From: Candidatus Woesearchaeota archaeon
GTDB lineage: Archaea > Nanobdellota > Nanobdellia > Woesearchaeales > GW2011-AR4
Assembly: GCA_016192985.1 (NCBI GenBank)
Contig: JACPTC010000024.1
Coordinates: 1 to 55,337 of the forward strand
DNA length: 55,337 bases
Direction: 5' to 3'
Positions 9,347 to 18,601 of the stretch are shown one piece after another. The notes below the pieces were generated by a model that searched no databases, was not told the origin of the DNA, and was given only the letters and a program-made list of their open reading frames with translations. Numbering within the stretch: position 1 is the stretch's first letter; every line of letters starts with the position of its first letter. The position numbers and the translations under genes are program-made.

Positions 9347-10708
9347 TCACCATTCAATATTATTTACAGCCCTTTGGACTACTTCACTCAAGGCAGGGTG
9401 AATGTGCACTGCATCCTTTATTGCGTCTGTTGTCAATCCTGCCTTCATTGCAACAATCACTTCGTGTATCAATGTTGAGGCATGGGAGCCAAGAATATGG
9501 CAGCCGAGAATTTTTCTGGTTTTTTTGTCGGCAAATATTTTTACAAAGCCTTCATTGTCCTGCAGGGCAATTCCCATTCCAGACTTTATAAAATCGTACA
9601 TGCCTTTTGCATAATACATTTTTCTTTCCCTCAAATCCTGCTCCCTTAAGCCAACTCCTGCAATCTGGGGTGAGGTAAAAATTGCGTGGGGCATTGCCTC
9701 ATAATCCACTTTAACTCTCTTATCCAGAATGGCGTTGTAATAAACATGCTGCGACTCAAGATTCGCGCTGTGCTTGAACAGGAATTTTCCGGCTATGTCG
9801 CCTAAAGCCCAGATATTTTTGGCTGTTGTCTCTAGATATTCGTTCGTTTTTATGAATCCCTTATCATCAATCTCCACATTAGTCTTTTTGACATCAAGAA
9901 GGTCTGTATTGGGGATTCTGCCTGTAGCAACAAGAAGCTGGTCAGAAACAAGCTTTTTCTTTGATTTTTTGCCTTCTGCCTCAACAACAAATTTGCCTTT
10001 TTTCTTATGCACTTTTTTTGTATTAAATCCAGTCAGTACATTGTATTTGCCCTTAAAGATTTCAGTAAATTTGGAAGCTATTTCCTCATCTTCATTCGGG
10101 ATTAATATATTTCCTCTTTGAATTATGTTAATTTTTGTTCCTAAGGAGCCATAAAAATGGGCAAGCTCAGCAGCAATATAGCCGCCGCCAAGTATGGTCA
10201 TTGCCTTTGGTTGCTTTTTCAGCCTTAAGGCTTCGTCGCTTGTCATAAAATCAACCTCTTTCAGTCCTTCTATTAACGGCACTGATGGCCTTGTTCCTGC
10301 AGCAATAACCACTTTTTCTCCTTTAATTGTTTCATTGCCGGCTTTTAATGTCCTGTCGCCAATAAATTTAGCCTCAGTCTTAAACAGAGTTGTGTTTTTG
10401 TCCTCGATTATTGCCTCTTCTATTTCTTTTGCATCTTTGTCAACTATGCTTGAAGCCCTTGCCGTTATCTTTTTAAGATCGATAGAAGAAATTTTAGAAT
10501 TTATCCCAAATAATTTTGCTCTGTTTATTGTTTCAGCGACATCTGCACTATGAATTATTATCTTTGATGGGATACAGCCTCTGTTCAGGCAGGTGCCGCC
10601 CATTGGACCTTTTTCAACAACAGCAACTTTCATTCCCATTTCAGCAGCTGCAGAGGAAACATTCAAGCCTGAGCCTGCACCGATAACAATCAAGTCAAAA
10701 GTTTGCAT
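9347..10708 (-). CDS. class I pyridine nucleotide-disulfide oxidoreductase (dihydrolipoamide dehydrogenase / glutathione reductase family)
   Basis: FAD site IVIGAGSG, redox-active disulfide GGTCLNRGCIPSK, NAD site ILGGGYIAAE, C-terminal HIHPALSE dimerisation His-Glu motif. Confidence 0.8.
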   Translation of the reverse strand: MQTFDLIVIGAGSGLNVSSAAAEMGMKVAVVEKGPMGGTCLNRGCIPSKIIIHSADVAETINRAKLFGINSKISSIDLKKITARASSIVDKDAKEIEEAIIEDKNTTLFKTEAKFIGDRTLKAGNETIKGEKVVIAAGTRPSVPLIEGLKEVDFMTSDEALRLKKQPKAMTILGGGYIAAELAHFYGSLGTKINIIQRGNILIPNEDEEIASKFTEIFKGKYNVLTGFNTKKVHKKKGKFVVEAEGKKSKKKLVSDQLLVATGRIPNTDLLDVKKTNVEIDDKGFIKTNEYLETTAKNIWALGDIAGKFLFKHSANLESQHVYYNAILDKRVKVDYEAMPHAIFTSPQIAGVGLREQDLRERKMYYAKGMYDFIKSGMGIALQDNEGFVKIFADKKTRKILGCHILGSHASTLIHEVIVAMKAGLTTDAIKDAVHIHPALSEVVQRAVNNIEW

Positions 10709-10812
10709 TTTTAATTTAAATTTTCATTGCTGAAGTTTGATTATTCCATTAATTATCATAAAAATCTAATCAAGATTATTGTTGTTTTTATTTGTTGCGT
10801 TTTAGAATTAGG

Positions 10813-11994
10813 CTATTTTCTGACAACCCCAGTCTCTATCGCTGCCATTTTAACAGCCTCTGCCACTTTTGGCACTACCTCTTTGTCCAAAGTGTACGGC
10901 AATATCCTTTCTCTTGTCGGAGCTATGCAGTTTGCCAGCGCGTTGGCAGCGGCTATCTTCATTTCATTGTTTATGGCAATCGCCTTTGCATCCAAAGCGC
11001 CCCTGAAGACTCCTGGAAATGCCAATGAATTGTTAATCTGGTTTGGGAAATCGCTTCTTCCTGTGCCGACAACAGCAGCAATTTTTCTTGCTTCGCTGGG
11101 CATAATCTCCGGAACAGGATTAGCCATTGCAAAGACTATGGCATCTTTGTTCATTCCCTTCAATTCATCTGCAGTGAGCAGATTGCCTGTTGAAACGCCT
11201 ATAAAAGCGTCTGCTCCCTCCAAAGCGTCCCTCAAAGTGCCTCTTCTTCTTGAATTATTTGTTACCTTGGCCAATTGTTTCTTGAACTCGTTCAAATCAG
11301 GCCTGCCATCATAGACTATGCCTTTGCTGTCGCACACAACTATCTCCTTGACAGAAGTGCATATGCTCTTGTCAATGCCAAGGCAGAGCAAAAGCTTTGC
11401 TATAGCTGTTCCCGCCGCCCCTGCGCCATTGACAACAACTTTCATTTCCTCTAAATCCTTGCTAACTGTTTTTGCGGCATTCGTCAAGGCTGCAAGAATC
11501 ACGATTGCTGAGCCGTGCTGGTCATCGTGCATCACTGGAATCCCAATATTAAGCAATGCCTGTTCTATTGTAAAGCACCTTGGCGCCGCTATGTCCTCAA
11601 GATTAATGCCGCCAAACGCTGTAGCAATATTCTTTACAATGCTTATTACCTCTTTGTCGTCCTGCGTCTTTATGCATATTGGAAAAGCGTCTATATTCGC
11701 CAGCTCCTTAAAAAGAACACATTTTCCCTCCATTACCGGCAAGGAAGCTTCTGCACCTATGTTGCCTAAACCTAGCACAGCGCTTCCATCTGTGACAACA
11801 GCTACAGAATTTGATTTTATTGTGTAATCGTATATTTTGCTTTTGTCTGCTGCAATCTCCCTACAAACCTCAGCAACTCCTGGTGTGTAAACCAAGCTCA
11901 AGTCGTCTTTTGTTTTGACGCTTACTTTGGATTTTGTTGCAAGCTTTCCCTTATTAAGCCTATGGAGCCTTAAAGCCTCTTCTTTTAGATCCAT
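10813..11994 (-). CDS. NAD(P)-dependent malic enzyme
   Basis: LSLVYTPGVA, VVTDGSAVLGLGNIG, MHDDQHGSA, NGAGAAG motifs. Start moved to the ATG at 11992-11994 (MDLKEEALRLH) to remove the overlap with pyk. Confidence 0.85.
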   Translation of the reverse strand: MDLKEEALRLHRLNKGKLATKSKVSVKTKDDLSLVYTPGVAEVCREIAADKSKIYDYTIKSNSVAVVTDGSAVLGLGNIGAEASLPVMEGKCVLFKELANIDAFPICIKTQDDKEVISIVKNIATAFGGINLEDIAAPRCFTIEQALLNIGIPVMHDDQHGSAIVILAALTNAAKTVSKDLEEMKVVVNGAGAAGTAIAKLLLCLGIDKSICTSVKEIVVCDSKGIVYDGRPDLNEFKKQLAKVTNNSRRRGTLRDALEGADAFIGVSTGNLLTADELKGMNKDAIVFAMANPVPEIMPSEARKIAAVVGTGRSDFPNQINNSLAFPGVFRGALDAKAIAINNEMKIAAANALANCIAPTRERILPYTLDKEVVPKVAEAVKMAAIETGVVRK

Positions 11995-12064
11995 TATTTG
12001 TGTATGGAACTTGGGCCTCTTTTTAAAGCTTATCCCAACAGAATTTATAATCTTTATTAAAAAC

Positions 12065-13468
12065 TTAGTCAATAGTCCTTATTTCAAGAATGTCCACATC
12101 ATTCCTTGGGTTTACGTCTGATACAATGACAACTCTGTCATCTTTCACTAGAAAATTCTTTTCCTTCAGCATTAAAATTGCACTATTCAGCATCTCCTCA
12201 AAATCATCGCTAAAGCTTATCTTAAGTGGAAAGGAACTCCAATAGAGCATAAGCCTTTTTCTCACTTCCTCATTGTTGGTAAATACAAAAATGTCGTTAT
12301 TTGGCCTTTGCTTTGTAACCATGCTGAGCAGTTTCCCTGTCTTTGAAAATACAATAATAGCTTTTGCATCGAGATTTTCAGCATTTATGCAGGCGCCTAA
12401 TGTTATGGCTTCTTTTACATTTTTTGTTTTAAGTCCGTCGCTCGGCATTTCAAACTTAAGTTTTGTCTGGACATTTTTTGCTATTTTATGCATTGTTTCA
12501 ACGCATTCAACAGGATACTCGCCTTTTGTTGTTTCGCCCGAAAGCATAATGCAGTCTGCCTTTTCAAAAACAGCATTTGCAACATCTGTAACCTCTGCAC
12601 GTGTTGGCCTTGGATTTTGTATCATTGACTCCAGCAAATGCGTGGCAATTATCACAGGCTTGCCAGTTTCGACACACCTCTTTACCATATATTTTTGCAC
12701 GATTGGTATTTGCTCAAATGGAATCTCAACGCCAAGGTCGCCTCTCGCTACCATGACACCATCTGCCTCTTCTATTATCTCATCCATATTGTCAATACCT
12801 TCTTGGTCTTCTATCTTTGCGATTATCATGGCATTTGAGCCCAAGCTGCTGAGAATCTCCTTCATTTCTTTGATATCCTGTTTGCCCCTTACAAAAGACT
12901 GGGCAACATAATCAATTCCATTAGACACTCCCAGCTTTATATCTTCAATGTCTTTTTTCGTGATTGAAGGCAAGCCGGTCTTTATACCGGGAATGTTAAC
13001 GCTTTTCCTTTTGCCAAGATTTCCTCTGTTTAACACTTTACATGTTACATTGTAAGGCTCAACATTTAATACTTCAAGCGCTATCAACCCGTCGTCAATA
13101 AGTATTATCTGCCCTTTTTTAACTTTCTTTATTAAATGCGCATAATCAATGAAAGTGTGCTTTTCCCCTTCCTGTATATCGCAGGCGCTGCTCACTGCAA
13201 TCTTAAAGGTGTCCCCTTCCTCCAAGCCAACTTCTGTTTTTGCGCTTGTCCTTATCTCAGGACCCTGTGTGTCAAGCATCAGGCCTATTGGGAATGTGCT
13301 TTGCTGGCTTATTTTCCTTATCCGCTTCATTACAATTTCGTTCCAGGCTGGCTCGCCATGGGACATATTGATTCTTGCAATGTTCATTCCAGCCTCAGCC
13401 AGTTGCCTTATCATTTCCTCGCTTTCAGTTTTAGGCCCTATGGTGCAGATTATCTTGGTTCTTCTCAT
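12065..13468 (-). CDS. pyk: pyruvate kinase
   Basis: MRRTKIICTIGP, NMSHG, MVARGDLGVEIP, ATHLLESM motifs. Confidence 0.9.
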   Translation of the reverse strand: MRRTKIICTIGPKTESEEMIRQLAEAGMNIARINMSHGEPAWNEIVMKRIRKISQQSTFPIGLMLDTQGPEIRTSAKTEVGLEEGDTFKIAVSSACDIQEGEKHTFIDYAHLIKKVKKGQIILIDDGLIALEVLNVEPYNVTCKVLNRGNLGKRKSVNIPGIKTGLPSITKKDIEDIKLGVSNGIDYVAQSFVRGKQDIKEMKEILSSLGSNAMIIAKIEDQEGIDNMDEIIEEADGVMVARGDLGVEIPFEQIPIVQKYMVKRCVETGKPVIIATHLLESMIQNPRPTRAEVTDVANAVFEKADCIMLSGETTKGEYPVECVETMHKIAKNVQTKLKFEMPSDGLKTKNVKEAITLGACINAENLDAKAIIVFSKTGKLLSMVTKQRPNNDIFVFTNNEEVRKRLMLYWSSFPLKISFSDDFEEMLNSAILMLKEKNFLVKDDRVVIVSDVNPRNDVDILEIRTID

Positions 13469-13522
13469 AGCTAGAAAGGCAGGAGAGAATGTTTTTTAAA
13501 GGTTTCTTGTAAAGTTAATTTT

Positions 13523-13927
13523 TCACAATCTTTTAAAAAATTCCATCTTGTTCAGCTGCAATATTACTAATATTAACATAACGGCAATCAGCATAATAAT
13601 ATAGTATCCCATGCCTATTGTCAAGCCGACCGCTGCAACCGCCCAGATTGAGGCTGCTGTTGTAAGCCCATGAACCTCGTCTTTTGATTTAAAGATGGTT
13701 CCTGCCCCTAAAAAGCCAACTCCTGTCGCTATGCCTGCAATGATTCTTGCAGCCTCGTTTGGCAGTGCTTCAATGGTTACAAGCACGAACAATGCAGAGC
13801 CCAAGCAGACAAGCATGTGTGTCCTCACGCCTGCAGGCTTGTGAAGAACTTCCCTTTCCAATCCAATCAAGCCGCCCGCCACAACCGCAAGAACCAACCT
13901 TAGGAATATTTCTGTGTATTCCAGCAT
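13523..13927 (-). CDS. MgtC/SapB family membrane protein
   Basis: RLVLAVVAGGLIGLEREVLHKPAGVRTHMLV signature and four predicted TM helices. Confidence 0.75.
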   Translation of the reverse strand: MLEYTEIFLRLVLAVVAGGLIGLEREVLHKPAGVRTHMLVCLGSALFVLVTIEALPNEAARIIAGIATGVGFLGAGTIFKSKDEVHGLTTAASIWAVAAVGLTIGMGYYIIMLIAVMLILVILQLNKMEFFKRL

Positions 13928-13928
13928 C

Positions 13929-14147
13929 TTATCCCTTCTTCCTTTCCATCTTCAGCGGCCAGTCGCTTGGCGCGTAAGTCATAGAGATCATCGCAGCAAC
14001 AAACATCAAGGTAAAGAACAAAACCAATGTGAAGCCCCATGTCATTGACTTTGGCAGGATATAGAAAGCAGAAATCAAAAATCCTACAATGCTGGTAATC
14101 ATATACCCTCCAGATAATGGAGCGACATTAAATTCCTTCTGATGCAT
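13929..14147 (-). CDS. small membrane protein, unknown function
   Basis: Two hydrophobic helices. The tracked start (14156) is a GTG, so the first ATG at 14145-14147 is used. It abuts the MgtC gene. Confidence 0.35.
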   Translation of the reverse strand: MHQKEFNVAPLSGGYMITSIVGFLISAFYILPKSMTWGFTLVLFFTLMFVAAMISMTYAPSDWPLKMERKKG

Positions 14148-14182
14148 AAAAATCACCTTTTTTGCATATTCTTAGCTTGGGT

Positions 14183-15274
14183 TTATTTAAACTTAACGAA
14201 ATTGAGCTTGTCGATATGTTTTCTCGCCTGCCCTATATTTCTTGTAAAATTATTCATAAATTCTTCCATCATACTTGATGCAATCTCTTTTAGCTCACCG
14301 CTTGTCATTTCACCAGATTTGTAATTACGATAAATTTTATTTAGCTCATTATCGTCTTCAACAATATGCTGCTTCATCAATTCAAAAATCATATCTTTTT
14401 CTATAACTGCTCCAAGCTTTCTATGCTCATTTAGAGTGTCTCTTCCCCCAGATAAAGCATTCTTAATTTTTCTTTTAACTGATTTGATGTCCTCAGGCAA
14501 TTCTATGCAACTTTCAGGCTTTGACTTGCTCATTTTAATGTCGCCATCTAAAGATGGAGTATATTTATGATAAAGCCCAGCTGGCAAAAAGAATTTTCTT
14601 TCCTTAAACCTTCTTACAATATCTCTTGTCAATCTAATGTGTGGATCTTGGTCAACTCCTACTGGGATTATGCCTGGCATTCTTTCCTTAAATTGAGGGT
14701 AAAGTATATCAGCAACCTGTGTCATTGCAGCCATTATCTTGCCAGGATCTGCAGAGCCATAAATTGCCTCAAATTCGTTAAGCGTAATTTTCTTTGCAAA
14801 TTCATATGCATTGTTCATAACTTCTTTATTTTCTGATTGAAAATAAAATACTGTTTTTTTAACATCAAGACCCAGAGCTACATAAGCTGGAATGTGGAAG
14901 TCTAGGGCCCTTTTCCTTGCTTCTTCTAAAGTAACACCTCTTGTTGATGCTGCTTCTAAATCCGCTACAAGAATATAAGTTTGAGCGCCATGCTCCTGAA
15001 AGTATTTGATGTTCTCCACCACCATTTTTGTACCAAAGTGTATTTTTTCATTAGAAGGCATTATTCCGCTAAGAACATAGTATTCTTTCCTGTGCTTGAT
15101 AGCGTCAGCTATGATTTTTAAGTCTCTTCCAGCAAAAACAACATTCCTTCGCATTATTCTATTTGGCTGTGGAAACAACTTACTGTCAAAAATCTCCAAT
15201 CCGAAATCTTTTATTATTTTCTCGTAATCTTCCAATAAGCCAGAACCCCATGGATCGATAATTTTTTGTTTCAT
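14183..15274 (-). CDS. trpS: tryptophanyl-tRNA synthetase (archaeal/eukaryotic type)
   Basis: N-terminal IDPWGS...DYEKIIKDFG, a HIGH-like KIHFGT, a KMSKS motif, and class Ic length. Confidence 0.8.
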   Translation of the reverse strand: MKQKIIDPWGSGLLEDYEKIIKDFGLEIFDSKLFPQPNRIMRRNVVFAGRDLKIIADAIKHRKEYYVLSGIMPSNEKIHFGTKMVVENIKYFQEHGAQTYILVADLEAASTRGVTLEEARKRALDFHIPAYVALGLDVKKTVFYFQSENKEVMNNAYEFAKKITLNEFEAIYGSADPGKIMAAMTQVADILYPQFKERMPGIIPVGVDQDPHIRLTRDIVRRFKERKFFLPAGLYHKYTPSLDGDIKMSKSKPESCIELPEDIKSVKRKIKNALSGGRDTLNEHRKLGAVIEKDMIFELMKQHIVEDDNELNKIYRNYKSGEMTSGELKEIASSMMEEFMNNFTRNIGQARKHIDKLNFVKFK

Positions 15275-15308
15275 GACATTAAATTTTTTATAGGTTATTT
15301 AAATCTTC

Positions 15309-16169
15309 TCAAAACAAAGTTATAAGAATGCCTCCAATTAGCATTATGATAGTGCCTATCAATGCGTTTTTTATATTTTTCTCATCAAAAAATAGATAGC
15401 CGAAAAGTATGGCAAAAATAACACTGCTTCTCTTTAAAGATATGACATAAGGCACTATGGCAATTAGCATTGCATATGCAGAAGTCACCATCATGAAGGC
15501 AGATGAAATTCCCAATAATCCAAGAGCGCTGAAATCAGCTTTTATCTCTTTTATTTTTTTATTGAAATCAAGAATTATCAATGGAGCCATCACTACTGAC
15601 GCAAAAAGATATACGGCAAAAGCATAAAACATTGGGCTGGAGTTTATAATCCCCATCTTACCTAAATTTGCAGAAATGCTGAATATAAATGCCACAATAA
15701 GAACATAAAATGAGCCTTTGTCCTTGAGCAACGCTCTGAAAGGATAAAAAAATCCCTTTTTGTAGTCTTTAATATGGATTGAGTATGCACCTATTACAAT
15801 AAGAAAAATTCCTATAAATCCGTAAAATGTCGGCATTTCATCAAGCATAAGATAAGATGTAAAGACTAAAAACAAGGGTGTTACACTAAGCATAGGCATT
15901 GAAATTGACAAATCGCTTATTTTTATTGCTTTGAACAGCAAATAAGTTGAAAGCGTCAGCAGTATCCCATTCAATGCGGCAATCCAATATACATTTGAGT
16001 TAATTCTTTGAGGGTAATTAATGTACAAAAAAATTAGCATGAATGGCAGCGCGAAAGCATACTGCGCCCACACCACAATTGAATTACTGACTTTCTTAAG
16101 TTTTTTCATTGATGCAAACATTGTTGCATCTCCAAGTCCTGATATAATGGAAAGAAGTGCCCATAACAT
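15309..16169 (-). CDS. EamA/DMT family transporter
   Basis: About 10 TM helices and a duplicated EamA-like architecture. Confidence 0.7.
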   Translation of the reverse strand: MLWALLSIISGLGDATMFASMKKLKKVSNSIVVWAQYAFALPFMLIFLYINYPQRINSNVYWIAALNGILLTLSTYLLFKAIKISDLSISMPMLSVTPLFLVFTSYLMLDEMPTFYGFIGIFLIVIGAYSIHIKDYKKGFFYPFRALLKDKGSFYVLIVAFIFSISANLGKMGIINSSPMFYAFAVYLFASVVMAPLIILDFNKKIKEIKADFSALGLLGISSAFMMVTSAYAMLIAIVPYVISLKRSSVIFAILFGYLFFDEKNIKNALIGTIIMLIGGILITLF

Positions 16170-16170
16170 T

Positions 16171-16812
16171 TTATTTCAGGCTCTGAAGCATCTCTTGTAT
16201 CGCAGCAGTCCTGTCTTTTTTGCCAAATATTGAAGTGCCTGCCACAAATACATTGGCGCCTGCTGCATATGCAAGAGGGGCTGTGTATGGGTTGATGCCG
16301 CCATCCACTTCAATATCAAGTTTTGGCTTTAGCTTCCTCAATTCTTCTATTTTAGGCATTGCTGAGGCAATGAATTTCTGACCAGCGTAGCCTGGCTCAA
16401 CAGTCATAATAAGCACCATATCAACTAAGTCAAGATATTTCTTAATTCTTCCCAGTGGGGTTTTAGGTTTAATGGAAATGCACGCTTTAACGTTACTTTT
16501 CTTTATTAAGTCAATTTGCCTTAAAGGGTCTCTGCACGCCTCTTCATGAATTGTTATTGAATGAGCGCCTGCATCAAAAAATCCTTTCAGATAAGCCTCA
16601 CTGGGCTCATGAACCATCAAATGCACATCTAAAGGAACATGGGTTTTTATGGCCTTTACGAAGTCAGCATCAACAGTTGTTGGCGAAACAAAAATACCAT
16701 CCATTATATCAATATGGATCAGGTCGGCATATTTCTCAACTTCTTTAATTTCGCGATTGATTCTTGATATATCAGCTGAAAGAATTGATGGCGCTATTTT
16801 TATTTTCGGCAT
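16171..16812 (-). CDS. rpe: ribulose-phosphate 3-epimerase
   Basis: IAPSILSAD, HIDIMDG, MTVEPGYAGQKF, VDGGIN motifs. Start moved to the ATG at 16810-16812 (MPKIKIAPS). Confidence 0.85.
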   Translation of the reverse strand: MPKIKIAPSILSADISRINREIKEVEKYADLIHIDIMDGIFVSPTTVDADFVKAIKTHVPLDVHLMVHEPSEAYLKGFFDAGAHSITIHEEACRDPLRQIDLIKKSNVKACISIKPKTPLGRIKKYLDLVDMVLIMTVEPGYAGQKFIASAMPKIEELRKLKPKLDIEVDGGINPYTAPLAYAAGANVFVAGTSIFGKKDRTAAIQEMLQSLK

Positions 16813-16839
16813 TTTTGTAGTTCCTTCCAATATCACTTC

Positions 16840-17313
16840 TTAAATTTTATTTAAATTTAATTGTTCAGAAAACAGCTCTTTAAGGGCGTTTAAAGCTATT
16901 TCCCTTCTTTTTGGAAAAGCGGCAACGCTCATTTTCATATGAAAGCACTTTCCAGAATCTGTAAGTACCAGTTTTTTTTCATTGAGCCACGAGTGCTTGT
17001 CAAATCTCAGAAAAAAATTCATGTCCTTGTCGAGTCTTGATGCAATTTGCTGCAATATTCTTTGCTTTTGAATTTCTTCCAAATTTTCTATTAGTTTTTT
17101 AAGAAACAGGTTTATAAAACTGTCTTTTGTCAGCTTTGCTTCAATCACAAGTATTTTCCTTTCGTTAAACCCAGCAGCCTCTTTTTTTTTAAGCTCAATT
17201 TTGTTTTCTTCAAGATTGAAGGGAAAAAGCCTTAAATACGCATCTAAAATTGCTTCCTTGTCCTCATCTTCATAAGAAAAAACAGTCAGTTTGATTAAGT
17301 GGGCATATTTCAT
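16840..17313 (-). CDS. hypothetical protein, possibly the DUF54/COG1931 RNA-binding protein of the archaeal exosome-translation superoperon
   Basis: Assignment rests on size (157 aa) and position downstream of L37ae/prefoldin/UPF0147. No motif was verified by me. Confidence 0.35.
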   Translation of the reverse strand: MKYAHLIKLTVFSYEDEDKEAILDAYLRLFPFNLEENKIELKKKEAAGFNERKILVIEAKLTKDSFINLFLKKLIENLEEIQKQRILQQIASRLDKDMNFFLRFDKHSWLNEKKLVLTDSGKCFHMKMSVAAFPKRREIALNALKELFSEQLNLNKI

Positions 17314-17582
17314 TTAGCATGATTCAGCTTTTCAAGCACGCTCATAACATTCCACAACTGAGTTCTTGTATACGGCTGAAGATTGACGTCGTTAACTATC
17401 TCGTCCAGATCATTTAATGCCTTATTAACCTTGATTGATACTTCTATACTATCCTTCAGGGTATTTACAATAGATTCTATTTTTGTCCTTACATTTCTTG
17501 GCACAGTGATATCTTCATGTATCTCTTCCAAGCTGTTTGCTACATTGTCTACTTCGCTTAGTTGCTCTGCCATGTTATTCAT
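17310..17582 (-). CDS. UPF0147 family protein
   Basis: ITVPRNVRTKIE...LNDLDEIVNDVNLQPYTRTQLWNVMSVLE matches the remembered UPF0147 pattern (VPRN.R...LDEISNDPN.P.H.RT.IW). The tracked start is TTG, so the first ATG at 17580-17582 is used. Confidence 0.65.
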   Translation of the reverse strand: MNNMAEQLSEVDNVANSLEEIHEDITVPRNVRTKIESIVNTLKDSIEVSIKVNKALNDLDEIVNDVNLQPYTRTQLWNVMSVLEKLNHAK

Positions 17583-17584
17583 GT

Positions 17585-17920
17585 TCAATCTTCCTTTTTT
17601 ATTTTCTTAAGAATTTCAGACTGCAGCTTTGAGGCTCTTTCCCTCACTTGAGCTTCCTGCTTCTCCATTGTCCTTATTCTCAACTCGAGCATCTCTTTCT
17701 TTGACTGCAAATCGGCTTTTAGCTCATTCTTATCTGATTCAACCATAATATTGCCGACAATTTTGTATGCCTTGTCAGTGTTTTCCAGCTCGCTCAAAGC
17801 GGAATCAACCTCTACAAGCTGCACTTGAAATTGCTGCTTTTGACCCAAAAAATTCTGCAGGCTTTGCTCAAACATCTGCAACTGGCTTATTTTTTGCTCT
17901 GTTTCTTTTGAAACTTCCAT
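17585..17920 (-). CDS. pfdB: prefoldin beta subunit
   Basis: Coiled-coil / beta-hairpin / coiled-coil pattern (QLQMFEQSLQ...KAYKIVGNIMVE...LELRIRTMEKQE). Start at the ATG 17918-17920. Confidence 0.8.
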   Translation of the reverse strand: MEVSKETEQKISQLQMFEQSLQNFLGQKQQFQVQLVEVDSALSELENTDKAYKIVGNIMVESDKNELKADLQSKKEMLELRIRTMEKQEAQVRERASKLQSEILKKIKKED

Positions 17921-17925
17921 TTTGC

Positions 17926-18063
17926 CTATTTCGCTTTTATTTTTGTAGAAACACTTCTTTGCTTGAAAAGTATTTTGCTTCCGCAATACGGGCACCTTAT
18001 CCTTTTTCTTAGATACTCCATAGATACTTTTTTATTGCAGTCAAAGCACTTGTACTCTGCCAT
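17926..18063 (-). CDS. rpoP: DNA-directed RNA polymerase subunit P (Rpo12)
   Basis: Not in the ORF track (45 codons). Hand translation: MAEYKCFDCNKKVSMEYLRKRIRCPYCGSKILFKQRSVSTKIKAK, a CxxC...CxxC zinc ribbon typical of RpoP. Its ATG (18061-18063) overlaps the L37ae stop (TAATG). Stop TAG at 17926-17928. Confidence 0.75.
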   Translation of the reverse strand: MAEYKCFDCNKKVSMEYLRKRIRCPYCGSKILFKQRSVSTKIKAK

Positions 18064-18374
18064 TATGCCTCCTCTGAAGCTTCTTCAGTTTCCATTTCTT
18101 CCTTAATGAGCTGCAACTCTTCATCAGGCACCATTGCCTCTTCTTTTACTAGTATTTTCTTTGAAACAGAATAGGCTTTACCTGTGAATTTGGAGTTGCA
18201 TTTCCTGCACTGCCATATTCCGACAGCCAATCTCTTTACAGCCATTTTGCTGCAGTAAGGGCATTTATGTAGCTTCCTCTGCTCTGCCTCAATTTTAGAA
18301 AATTTAAGCTTTAGTTTTCTGCCGTATCTTGCTCCAAATCTCTTAACAGAGCCGAGTTTTTCTTGAATCTTCAT
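18063..18374 (-). CDS. rpl37ae: 50S ribosomal protein L37Ae (eL43) with acidic C-terminal extension
   Basis: RFGARYGRKLK...CPYCSK...WQCRKCNSKFTGKAY zinc-ribbon signature. Confidence 0.9.
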   Translation of the reverse strand: MKIQEKLGSVKRFGARYGRKLKLKFSKIEAEQRKLHKCPYCSKMAVKRLAVGIWQCRKCNSKFTGKAYSVSKKILVKEEAMVPDEELQLIKEEMETEEASEEA

Positions 18375-18423
18375 TTTAAGCTATACAATCCAATTTTTTA
18401 CTCATTAAATGGGGCTGCCCGGA

Positions 18424-18545
18424 ATTTCATCAACCGTTTGCATTCGTCAAAAGTTTTCATTCGAGGGACTTTATGTCCCTACCAGTTTTCTTTTGGTCAA
18501 GCTTTTCTTTGCGAGGCTCTCTTGAGCGAGCAAAGAAAAGGTTGT
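18424..18545 (-). other. putative 122-nt intron in the T-loop (about position 59/60) of tRNA-Pro
   Basis: Flanks fold as T-stem CCCGG:CCGGG, 3' bulge ATT, 4-bp helix TTCA:TGAA, 5' bulge AAA, helix CAACC:GGTTG (relaxed bulge-helix-bulge). Homologous to the insert at 54788-55081. Confidence 0.65.
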
Positions 18546-18601
18546 TTTGAACCGGGGTCTTCTGGTCCCAAACCAGAAAGGATGTGTCCAAGCTACCCTA
18601 C

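Noticed and set aside
18424-18545. C/D-box sRNA hidden in the tRNA-Pro T-loop intron, as in the Haloferax tRNA-Trp intron.
   Set aside because: Only one UGAUGA-like box (GGTTGATGAAAT) is present and it forms part of the proposed bulge-helix-bulge. I could find no matching CUGA box D or C'/D' pair in the Pro intron.
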